Assembly: GCA_030428885.1 (NCBI GenBank) | Contig: JAUIEJ010000011.1 | Span: 121,279 to 185,278 of the forward strand | Direction: 5' to 3' | DNA from: Gemmatimonadota bacterium | Lineage (GTDB): Bacteria > Gemmatimonadota > Gemmatimonadetes > Longimicrobiales > Gaopeijiaceae | Length of the DNA: 64,000 nt | Shown: in pieces, positions 30,091-38,322 of the stretch | How positions within the stretch are numbered: the stretch's first letter is position 1 | How the letters are laid out: each line of letters begins with the position of its first letter | Notes under the pieces: generated by a model | What the model was told of the DNA's origin: nothing | The model's database searches: none | The model's input: only the letters and a program-made list of their open reading frames with translations | Program-made: the position numbers and the translations under genes

Positions 30091-30504
30091 ATGGCACCCA
30101 TCATCACCACCTTCCTCATGTTCGAGGGCCGGGCCGAAGAGGCCATGGACTTCTACGTCTCCCTCTTCGAGGACTCGGGAATCGCCGGCATCAGCCGCTA
30201 CGGGCCCGAGGGTCCGGGCGCCGAGGGCAGCGTCATGTACGCCACCTTCACCCTGGCCGGAAGCCGGTTCATGGCCATCGACAGCGCCGTGGCCCACGAT
30301 TTCGGCTTCACCCCGTCCATGTCGCTCTTCGTGGAGTGCGAGTCCGAAGACCAGATCCGGGCCCTCTACGACGCCCTCTCCTTCGACGGGGAAGACCTCA
30401 TGGAGCTCGACGACTACGGGTTCAGCACGCTCTTCGCCTGGGTCAACGACCGCTTCGGCGTGTCGTGGCAGCTCACGTGGGAAGGAGACACCCCGGCGGG
30501 CTAA
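30091..30504 (+). CDS. VOC/PhnB family protein (3-demethylubiquinone-9 3-methyltransferase-like)
   Basis: ITTFLMFEGRAEEAMDFY, YATFTLAG, FTPSMSL, WVNDRFGVSWQL. Confidence 0.88.
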   Translation: MAPIITTFLMFEGRAEEAMDFYVSLFEDSGIAGISRYGPEGPGAEGSVMYATFTLAGSRFMAIDSAVAHDFGFTPSMSLFVECESEDQIRALYDALSFDGEDLMELDDYGFSTLFAWVNDRFGVSWQLTWEGDTPAG

Positions 30505-30578
30505 CGTCGCGGGCCTTCCCGGCGTCCCATGGGTGACGGCAGTTCCGTCCTGCGTTGCCCCCCAGTCGGGAGAGTCCC

Positions 30579-31088
30579 ATGCCTCGCCGGTCCTCGATCC
30601 TCGTGCTTCCCCTTCTCGCCGCCTTGTCGGCCTGCGCCAGCGTGCAGACCCAGGTCACCGTGGAGGGCTCGGCCGACGATCGGGCCCGCCTCGAGGGCCA
30701 CTGGGAGGGGGAGTTCGAGAGCGGCGACTCGCCCCGCAACGGCATCATGGACTTCGATCTCGCCGCCGATTCCGACGTGGCCGACGCCGTGGTGGTTCTC
30801 ACGCCCCACGAACCGCCGCCCCCGCCCGAGGGGGAGGACCGGATCGAGCGCCGGGGTCCCCGGCCGGGCCCCCTGGTCCTGGAGTTCACCTGGATCCGGA
30901 TTCGGGGCGACGAACTGCAGGCTGAACTTCGCCCCTACGACGATCCGTTCGGGGGCGGCGAGGTGGTGATGTCGCTCCGCGGTGAGATCCGGGGCGACGT
31001 CATCGAGGGCACCTGGTCGGCCGTCCGGAACGGGCCGGCCCCCCGGGCCACGGGCCGCTGGACGCTGCGCCGCATCGAAGGGCGCTGA
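30579..31088 (+). CDS. hypothetical lipoprotein
   Basis: Lipobox LSA-C, beta-rich GHWEG..GTW..GRW pattern. Confidence 0.6.
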   Translation: MPRRSSILVLPLLAALSACASVQTQVTVEGSADDRARLEGHWEGEFESGDSPRNGIMDFDLAADSDVADAVVVLTPHEPPPPPEGEDRIERRGPRPGPLVLEFTWIRIRGDELQAELRPYDDPFGGGEVVMSLRGEIRGDVIEGTWSAVRNGPAPRATGRWTLRRIEGR

Positions 31089-31107
31089 CCCGGGACCGAC
31101 GGCGGGC

Positions 31108-31494
31108 TCAGCGTCGCGCCAGCAGAAGGGAGGCCTGCTCGAACTCGTCGTCGGCGTCCATGACCAGGATGCCCGACACCAGGGGCGCCACCTCCATCTC
31201 GCCCAGAAACGTCAGGGTGTCCGAGTCCGTGGTCATGCGGAAGTAGACCGTGGGGGGCGTGTAACGGCCCGTGAGGTCGTAGCGCCCCGCCCACCCCGTG
31301 GCGAAGCCCGTGAGGCGCCCGTCGTTTTCGGTCTCCACCACGATCTCCACCGGGAAGCCCACCCGGGCTCCCCGGAACATCCCGCTCCAGGCGTCCACGA
31401 TCTCGAACCGGGGTTCGATGGTCACGGGATCCCCGCACGCCGCTACGGCCACCGCCGAAGCGACGGCCGCCCAGCCCAGCCTGCGAAGCTTCAC
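31108..31494 (-). CDS. hypothetical lipoprotein
   Basis: GTG start, lipobox VAA-C. Follows the pepX-like gene. Confidence 0.55.
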   Translation of the reverse strand: MKLRRLGWAAVASAVAVAACGDPVTIEPRFEIVDAWSGMFRGARVGFPVEIVVETENDGRLTGFATGWAGRYDLTGRYTPPTVYFRMTTDSDTLTFLGEMEVAPLVSGILVMDADDEFEQASLLLARR

Positions 31495-31499
31495 GCCCC

Positions 31500-33344
31500 T
31501 CAGTCGCCTCCCCCCAGCGCCCGCCCCAGGGTGTCGGCGCCGCCCACCACGGGCAGCTCCAGCGCCGCGCCCTGGAGATCCAGGGTCAACTCGGTGCCGG
31601 GAGTGGCCCAGAGAGTGAACTCCCGGTCGCTGGAGAAGACCATGAGTCCGATGCGCTGACCCGCGGGAATGATCTGGTCGTCGGGCTGGAGGTCGAACTC
31701 CAGATCCACGAACTCCCCGGGCGACAGGGGCGCACTGCTCGACACGTCGTTGCGGTTGGCCGGGTCGGCCCACCCCCGATTGATGAGGTTGGCGTTGGTG
31801 TCGCCGCCCTCGACCCAGGGGAGGGACACGAGCCAGACCGAGAGGTTGGCCGCGGCGGCCGACGAGGCCACCCGGAGCCGCACCCGGGGGGTTCCGCTGA
31901 GATGCACGGCCTCCACCAGGGGCGCCGTGGCGTAGAGCAGGCGGTTCGGGCTCTCCGGGGCCGCCGCCAGCGCCGCGCCGTCGAACGAGACGTTGTCGGT
32001 GAAGGATTCCTGCCCCGTACCGCCGTCGCCCGGGGCCAGTCCGCCCCGAACCGAGCCGCCGGCCGTGGGGCGGAGCGTCACCGCCGCCGCGTCGGGGTTG
32101 GGGAAGTCGGCGTACGCCGTGGGCTGATCCCGGGTCGCCCCCTCCCGCACCACGAAGGCCCGGGGATCGTTCTCCACCCCGTTCTCCACGCCGTAGAGGT
32201 ACCGGGTGAACCAGCGATTGCGCATCTCCAGGGTCGGGCCGCCGCCGTGGCCGCCCTGGTGCAGGTAGACCTGGGTGGGCACGCCCCGCTCCTTCAGGCG
32301 CTGGAAGATGTGGAGGGAGTGTTCGGGCATGACGTTCCAGTCGTTGAGCCCGTGGGCGAAGAGTGTCGCCGCTCGGATGCCGTTCAGCTCGTTCCACAGA
32401 TCCCGGCCGGCCCAGAACGCGTTGTAGTCCCCCGTGACCCGGTCCTGTCCCGCGGCCATCTCGCCGTCCCGGTAGGTGGCGTCGCAATACGCCCGCCGCT
32501 CCAGGGCCCCGGAGTTCACGAAGTCGTAGAGCACGTCCACGTCCTCACCCAGGTATCCCCCGGGACTCCGGACCAGCCCATTGGAACGGTAGTAGCGGTA
32601 GTACGACGTGTTGGGGGCGATGGGGATGATGGCCTCGAGCCCTTCGACCCCCGTCGTGGCCGCGGCCACGGGAATCGTGCCGTTGAACGAGGTGCCCGTC
32701 ATGCCCACCCGGCCCGTGCTCCAGTCCGCCGTGACCCGCTCGTCGCCGTCGGGGGTCGTGTAGCCCGCGGCCCGCCCGTTGAGCCAGTCGATGACCGCCT
32801 TGGGGGCCAGCGACTCCACCGGGCCTCCGATGGTGACGCATCCCTGGGACATGCCCGTGCCCGGCGCCTCGGAGTGGACCACGGCGAAGCCGCGAGGCAC
32901 CCAGGTGCCCACCTCGGCGTTGGAGATGGTGGGGCGGTTCTCACGGGGCTGGACGGAGGGCATGGCGTTGCGCACCGGCGGCACGGCGCCCGGATCGTGC
33001 TCCACGTTCCAGAAGTACTGGCTGTCGGTGGTCCCCGTGCCCGAGTAGTACGGGCTCGAGGCGTACACCACGGGCACCTGGAGGCCGTCGGCCGTGGGGC
33101 CGGGCCGCACCACGCTGGTGTGGACCCGATCCAGCCGCCCATCGCCGTCGGAGTCGAACTCCGTCTCCACCCACAGGTCCTCCCGGATCCAGGTGGCGGT
33201 GTCGGCGAAGGCGGGCACCACCTGGGCCTGGCCGTTCTCGAACACCGGTCCCACGGATTGGGCGCACGCGCCGGCGGGCACCAGGAGCAGGAAGGCCAGG
33301 GCGGGCCCGGCGGGGCGGCGGGGTGAGAAAGCGATGGGGGACAC
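31500..33344 (-). CDS. Xaa-Pro dipeptidyl-peptidase (CocE/NonD/PepX family)
   Basis: DSDGDGRLD, YASSPYY, VGMTGTSFNG (nucleophile Ser), HGLNDWNV, QGGHG. Confidence 0.88.
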   Translation of the reverse strand: MSPIAFSPRRPAGPALAFLLLVPAGACAQSVGPVFENGQAQVVPAFADTATWIREDLWVETEFDSDGDGRLDRVHTSVVRPGPTADGLQVPVVYASSPYYSGTGTTDSQYFWNVEHDPGAVPPVRNAMPSVQPRENRPTISNAEVGTWVPRGFAVVHSEAPGTGMSQGCVTIGGPVESLAPKAVIDWLNGRAAGYTTPDGDERVTADWSTGRVGMTGTSFNGTIPVAAATTGVEGLEAIIPIAPNTSYYRYYRSNGLVRSPGGYLGEDVDVLYDFVNSGALERRAYCDATYRDGEMAAGQDRVTGDYNAFWAGRDLWNELNGIRAATLFAHGLNDWNVMPEHSLHIFQRLKERGVPTQVYLHQGGHGGGPTLEMRNRWFTRYLYGVENGVENDPRAFVVREGATRDQPTAYADFPNPDAAAVTLRPTAGGSVRGGLAPGDGGTGQESFTDNVSFDGAALAAAPESPNRLLYATAPLVEAVHLSGTPRVRLRVASSAAAANLSVWLVSLPWVEGGDTNANLINRGWADPANRNDVSSSAPLSPGEFVDLEFDLQPDDQIIPAGQRIGLMVFSSDREFTLWATPGTELTLDLQGAALELPVVGGADTLGRALGGGD

Positions 33345-33352
33345 GAGCGAAC

Positions 33353-33979
33353 TCAGCGTACGATGAACGGAACGTTCGTCGACATGGAGCCGACGATGAG
33401 ACGGATCTGGGTCGTACCGACGCGGCGGGCCAGGAGATCCGCGCTGGGCCCCGTAGGCGTGCCCACGAAGCCGATGTCGGGGTCGATGATCGTCCACGAG
33501 ATGCGGAACCCCACGGGGGACAGCGAGTCGCCCTGGGCGTCGTACAGCCGGGCCTCGACCCGGGGCCGGTTGCCCGGGCTCACCTCGATGCGGTCGGGCA
33601 CGATCTCGATGCGGGCCAGCCCCGGGGGTTGGACGAAGACCGGGGCCTGGGCGGTGCCCCGACCCAGGCGGGCCACCAGAGTCGCGTTGCCGAGCCCTTC
33701 CGCCGTGACCGCGCCCGTGCCGCCGTCCGCGAGGGTGGCCACACCGGGAGCGTTGAGGAACCACTGCACCCGCTCGGCGCGGTCCGGGAGTTCCTGGTCC
33801 CGTGCACTGAGGGGAGTGGCCGTGAACGAGGCCGTTTCGCCGACGGAGATGTGCACCGAGTCGGGCGACAGGGCCAGCGACTCCACCCACTCGGGCTCGA
33901 AGCTCTCGCAGCCGGACCCGATCCACGACAGGGTGAGGGTGAGCGCCAGAGCGCGTGCGCACTTCGTCCCGGCCCTCAT
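33353..33979 (-). CDS. Ig-like (Big_2-type) domain lipoprotein
   Basis: Signal with GSG-C, two Ig-like units (LSPDSVHISVGETASF..W..GVATL; IEIVPD..W). Confidence 0.7.
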   Translation of the reverse strand: MRAGTKCARALALTLTLSWIGSGCESFEPEWVESLALSPDSVHISVGETASFTATPLSARDQELPDRAERVQWFLNAPGVATLADGGTGAVTAEGLGNATLVARLGRGTAQAPVFVQPPGLARIEIVPDRIEVSPGNRPRVEARLYDAQGDSLSPVGFRISWTIIDPDIGFVGTPTGPSADLLARRVGTTQIRLIVGSMSTNVPFIVR

Positions 33980-36900
33980 CGGCCCGCTCCGAACGTCACC
34001 CGGGCTCCGAACTGGATCTGCCACTGGGACTCGGGGGAGAGCACGCTCCAGGGCGAGGCCAGCGACACCTCTTCGGAGGCGTTTCGGCTGGGAATCACCG
34101 AGCCTCCCCACCGGATCGGCGCCGCGTCACATCCGGCGCACTCCTCCAGGAGGGGCACCACCGAAGGGATGGTTTCGCGGCGCCCCCACTCACCATTCAC
34201 GAGGTTCAATACGTTCACGAAGTCTCCCTCGAGTCGGATCTCGCTCCCCGACAGGCGCAGGGTGTGCGCCACGCGCAGATCCAGGCTGTTCTGCCACGGC
34301 GACCGGCACGAGTTGCGGTCCAGGATGGTTCCGATGCCGTCCCGGATGCAGGGGTCGTCGCGCATGGCCGCCGCCATGAGGATCTGGCTCCCGATGGGCG
34401 CCGGCAGATCGAAGGCGTCGTTGGGCACGTGGACCAGGTCGTTGAAGCGCTCGAAGGCGCCGCCCATCCCGGGGTACCCGTCGCCATTCACGTCCAGATC
34501 GTAGACGTACGAGAAGGGCAACCCCGACTGCCCGGTGTAGAGCAGCGAGATCTCGGTGTCGTCGAGGCCGGGGAAGGGCGTCCCGAAGAGGGCCACCACG
34601 ATCTTGTGGGGTCGATCGAAGTTGGACCGGGTCAGGGCCGGGTCGTCGGCCTCGTTCTCCACGGGGTTGAACCCGTAGTTCGACGCCATGTCGGTGAACA
34701 TGAGGCTCATGCGGTCCCACGAGCGGGAGTAGGCGTAGGCCACCTGGGCGTTGAGCCGGTCGGTGACGCGGCCCCGGGTCTCCAGGCTGAACGAGGCCGC
34801 CCAGTCCTCCCCGTCGTTCCCCACGGCCAGCACCTGGCCCCAGCGCGAGTCCAGGTCGTCGTAGAACCGGCGCTCGAACCCGCCCAGTTCGTCGTACCGG
34901 GGTCCGGGAGACCCGGACTCGAGGTTGAGCTCCCGCACCGAGATCTGGTTGATGGCCTTGCTGAAGAGGGCGCCGGCCGTGACGCTGAAGCGATCGGTGA
35001 GTTCCCGATCGAAGTTCACGGCGAACTTCAGGTCCTGGGGGTACTTGAAGTCTTCGGGCAGGACCACCACCGACCGGCTCTGGGCCATGGGGGCGTTGAG
35101 ACAGGCCGTGGGCAACTGGCCCGGAACGAAGGCGGGCACCGCCGACGCGGGCACCGGATCATCGGTGCGGCGCCCCGAACAGCTCTGGGTCACGAACCGT
35201 CGGCCGTCGTTGAGGAAGGCGTTGGACAGCCACACGTAGGGCAACTGCCCCGCGAACATCCCGGCCCCGGCCCGCACCTGCCACCGCTTTTCGCCCGTGC
35301 TCTGCCAGTTGAAGCCCCACCGGGGCGAGACCAGGAGGTTGCCCGAGGGCAGCTTCCCGGTGTCGTACCCGAAGTAGTCCAGCACCTCGAAATTGGTGTC
35401 CGGCGCCCCCAGCACGTAGGGCGCGTCCACCCGAATCCCGAACCGCATGCTGAGCCCCTGACCCGCGTTGAGCTGGTGCTGGGCGAAGGCCCCCCATTCC
35501 ACGACGTCGAACGACGCCGTGGCATCGTAGCCGTCGGCCAGGCGGGTCATCTGGAAGCGCTGGGGCGCGTTGTTCTCCAGGTCCAGGAGCCGGGCGTAGA
35601 AGTAGTCGCCGCCGGCCCCGGGCAGGAAGGTGTGGGCGATGTCGTACCACGCCCCGGTGACGCCCAGGGTCAGGACGTCGTCGCCCCGGGTGATGTCCAC
35701 GGCGTCGGTGATGCGCACCGTGGTCTGGGCCAGCTCGTTGACCTGCCCGAAGAACTCGCCCCCGAACCGCACCGAGCGCTGGTACGGAGTCTCGTCGATG
35801 GAGCTGATGAGCTCCACCTCCATCTGGGGGAATGTGCTGTTGGGCGTGGTCTCGTCGGTGACCCGCTGCAGGCTCACGTCCAACTGGTTGGCCACCCCGT
35901 CTCCCAGGGGGGAGAAGAGCTGAAACGAGGTGGTGTTGCTCAGGGAGCGGCGCTCCACGGCGTTGGACGACAGCTCGTACTCCTCGAACGCCGTGCGGTT
36001 GGGCGATTCGTCGTTGGTCGTCAGCGAGAAGATGTTGCGCACCGTGATGCGGGTGCCCCCGGCGTAGTTCCAGTCCACCCGGGCGAAGAGGTTGGCGAGT
36101 TGCTGCCCCAGTCCGTAGGCCTCGCCGGTCCCGGTGTCGAGGCCGAACTGGGACGTGAAGGACTCCTGGACCGCCGCCAGCTCCTCCGGGGCGATGCGCA
36201 CCACCGCCGGATCGTCCCGGAAGAGGTTGAAGCCCGACGGAGGCCGCTCCCGGGACTCGAACTCCCCGGCCACGTACAGATGGCCGCGGTTCTGGACCAG
36301 GGGTCCCCCGAGAGACAGGGCCAGGAGCGACCGGTCCACCCCCGAGGCCTCCACCGGTCCCGTGGGCAGCACGAGGTCGCCCATGAGTGCCTCGGTGCGT
36401 TTCACCGCCGCCGCCCGGAACCGCCAGTCGTTGGTCCCCGAGCGGGTGACGGCGTTCATGACCCCGCCCGTGAATCCCGAGAGGCGCACGTCGAAGGGCG
36501 CCACCAGCACTTCGTACTGGGTCACGGCGTCCAGGGGCAGGAGCTTGGCGCCGGCCTGACCCCCGGGGACGCCCCCGGCCGTGAGGCCGAACATGTCCTT
36601 GTTCAGCACGCCGTCGATGAGGAGCGAGTTGTAGCGGTCGTTCTGCCCCGCCACCGAGAACCCGCCGCTTTCGGTGGTCTTCACCAGGGGCGAGAGGAGG
36701 GCCAGTTCGGTGATGTCGCGAGACAACACCGGCATGGACTCCACCACCCGCTCGTTGAGGAGGGTGGCCGGTCCCACCTGGGCCGGATTGAAGATCTCGG
36801 CCCGGTCCACCTCCACGTCCACGCCCTGGAGCTCCACCGCCTGCACCTGGAGCTCGATGTTGACCGTCGTCACCTCGCCCACCTGGAGGCTCAACCCCTC

Positions 36901-37188
36901 GCGCCGGGCCTCGGCGAAGCCCAGCGCCTCGACCGTGAGGGTGTACGGGCCCCCGGGCTGGAGCAGGAGCACGAGAAAGGCTCCCCGATCATTGGTGACC
37001 ACGGCCCGTTCGGCCCCGGTCTCCTGGTGCCGGATGCGCACGGTGGCGGCGATCATGGGCGCGCCCTGGGGGCCGGTGATGAGGCCCCGGACGGCGGCGG
37101 TGGTGCGGGACTGAGCGGAGACGGACGAGGGCGCCAGAATCATCAGCGCCGCCGCGAACAGTGCGAAGGCGAACGAACGTCGGTTCAA
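33976..37188 (-). CDS. TonB-dependent receptor with N-terminal carboxypeptidase regulatory-like domain (Oar-like)
   Basis: Signal peptide, GLITGPQGA..TNDRGAF, NSLLIDG, FDVRLSGFTGGVMNAVTRSGTN, C-terminal QIQFGARVTF. Confidence 0.9.
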   Translation of the reverse strand: MNRRSFAFALFAAALMILAPSSVSAQSRTTAAVRGLITGPQGAPMIAATVRIRHQETGAERAVVTNDRGAFLVLLLQPGGPYTLTVEALGFAEARREGLSLQVGEVTTVNIELQVQAVELQGVDVEVDRAEIFNPAQVGPATLLNERVVESMPVLSRDITELALLSPLVKTTESGGFSVAGQNDRYNSLLIDGVLNKDMFGLTAGGVPGGQAGAKLLPLDAVTQYEVLVAPFDVRLSGFTGGVMNAVTRSGTNDWRFRAAAVKRTEALMGDLVLPTGPVEASGVDRSLLALSLGGPLVQNRGHLYVAGEFESRERPPSGFNLFRDDPAVVRIAPEELAAVQESFTSQFGLDTGTGEAYGLGQQLANLFARVDWNYAGGTRITVRNIFSLTTNDESPNRTAFEEYELSSNAVERRSLSNTTSFQLFSPLGDGVANQLDVSLQRVTDETTPNSTFPQMEVELISSIDETPYQRSVRFGGEFFGQVNELAQTTVRITDAVDITRGDDVLTLGVTGAWYDIAHTFLPGAGGDYFYARLLDLENNAPQRFQMTRLADGYDATASFDVVEWGAFAQHQLNAGQGLSMRFGIRVDAPYVLGAPDTNFEVLDYFGYDTGKLPSGNLLVSPRWGFNWQSTGEKRWQVRAGAGMFAGQLPYVWLSNAFLNDGRRFVTQSCSGRRTDDPVPASAVPAFVPGQLPTACLNAPMAQSRSVVVLPEDFKYPQDLKFAVNFDRELTDRFSVTAGALFSKAINQISVRELNLESGSPGPRYDELGGFERRFYDDLDSRWGQVLAVGNDGEDWAASFSLETRGRVTDRLNAQVAYAYSRSWDRMSLMFTDMASNYGFNPVENEADDPALTRSNFDRPHKIVVALFGTPFPGLDDTEISLLYTGQSGLPFSYVYDLDVNGDGYPGMGGAFERFNDLVHVPNDAFDLPAPIGSQILMAAAMRDDPCIRDGIGTILDRNSCRSPWQNSLDLRVAHTLRLSGSEIRLEGDFVNVLNLVNGEWGRRETIPSVVPLLEECAGCDAAPIRWGGSVIPSRNASEEVSLASPWSVLSPESQWQIQFGARVTFGAGR

Positions 37189-37258
37189 CAGGGGCTCCGG
37201 AGGGTGTGGAGAGGGCCCGCCATGATACCCGCGAACCCCGTCGGGCGCACCCCCGGAG

Positions 37259-37855
37259 CTACTCCCGGTCGTTCCGGCCCACCTCGGTGGAGACGATGGT
37301 GATCTCGCCGGGGTACCGGATGGGCCCCAGGGCGGTCTGGATCGTGGGCACGGCCCGGAGCGCCACGTTCTTCGGCGATCCGCCCTCGCCGGCCAGATTC
37401 AGGGCCAGTTCCCCCAGATCCCGGGCGCTCCCCTCGAAGAACTCCAGGAGGTCGAGGGAGATGCGCACGGGAAACGTCGTGGGCTCGCCGGGAGCGAAGA
37501 CCACCTCGTCGTCGAACACGCCGCTGATGGTCTCCCGGTCCTCCAGGAGCAGGGTCCAGGCGAAGCGCACCAGGCGGGCCTCCGTGCCATTCTCCGGCGG
37601 GTTTTCGCCCTGGACGAGCAGGTTGAATTCCAGGGGAAGCTCGTCGCGGGAGAGGGCCAGGGTGAGGCGAGCCACGTCGGTCACCGACAGGTCGGAGTAC
37701 GAGCGCACCCGATCGAGGTCGATGTCGGCCAGTCGCACCTGGGCCACCCGGTCCAGGGCGAAATCCACGTTCCGGAGGGCGGCGATCTGCTGCAGCGTGG
37801 CGCACCCGCCCAGGAGCAGGAGGGCGGGGAGGACGACGAGGGAACGACGGCGCAT
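37259..37855 (-). CDS. LEA-2/WHy-like lipoprotein
   Basis: Lipobox LGG-C, L.VQGENP..TEARLVRFAWTLLLED, PTTFPVRISLDL. Confidence 0.65.
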   Translation of the reverse strand: MRRRSLVVLPALLLLGGCATLQQIAALRNVDFALDRVAQVRLADIDLDRVRSYSDLSVTDVARLTLALSRDELPLEFNLLVQGENPPENGTEARLVRFAWTLLLEDRETISGVFDDEVVFAPGEPTTFPVRISLDLLEFFEGSARDLGELALNLAGEGGSPKNVALRAVPTIQTALGPIRYPGEITIVSTEVGRNDRE

Positions 37856-37933
37856 GGCGAGTCCGAGATGGAGGGGGCGGGAGCTTCTTCCATGGTAACG
37901 CGAAACTGGACCGGGCACGCCCTCGTCGTTATG

Positions 37934-37946
37934 GTCACGACGTGAC
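37934..37946. promoter_or_regulatory. palindrome, putative PadR operator
   Basis: GTCAC-GAC-GTGAC in an AT-richer patch about 40 bp upstream of the second padR. Confidence 0.4.
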
Positions 37947-37986
37947 TTATATGGGACTCCGGATCGGACCTGGGGAGGGCGGGACC

Positions 37987-38322
37987 ATGGGATCACCCCA
38001 CATCGGCGAGTTCGAGCTCCTGGTGCTGCTGGCGGCGCTGCGCCTGGGCCCTGAAGAGGCCTACGCCGTGAGCATCGCCGACGACATCCGGCTCCGCACC
38101 GGACGCTCCGTACGCCGCGCCAACGTCTACACCACCCTGAAGCGGCTCGAAGGGAAGGGGTGGGTGCGCACCGAACTGGGCGATCCCCGCCCCGAACGCG
38201 GGGGCAAGGCCCGGCGGCTGGTGCGGGTGTCGGCCGACGGCGTGGCCGCGGTGCAGGAGGCCGCCGAGGGCATCCGGGCCATGTGGCACGGATTGGGCCA
38301 TCGCCTGGGCGACCTCTCGTGA
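37987..38322 (+). CDS. PadR family regulator
   Basis: IGEFELLVLLAALRL..YAVSI..NVYTTLKRLEGKGWV..ERGGKARR. Confidence 0.9.
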   Translation: MGSPHIGEFELLVLLAALRLGPEEAYAVSIADDIRLRTGRSVRRANVYTTLKRLEGKGWVRTELGDPRPERGGKARRLVRVSADGVAAVQEAAEGIRAMWHGLGHRLGDLS

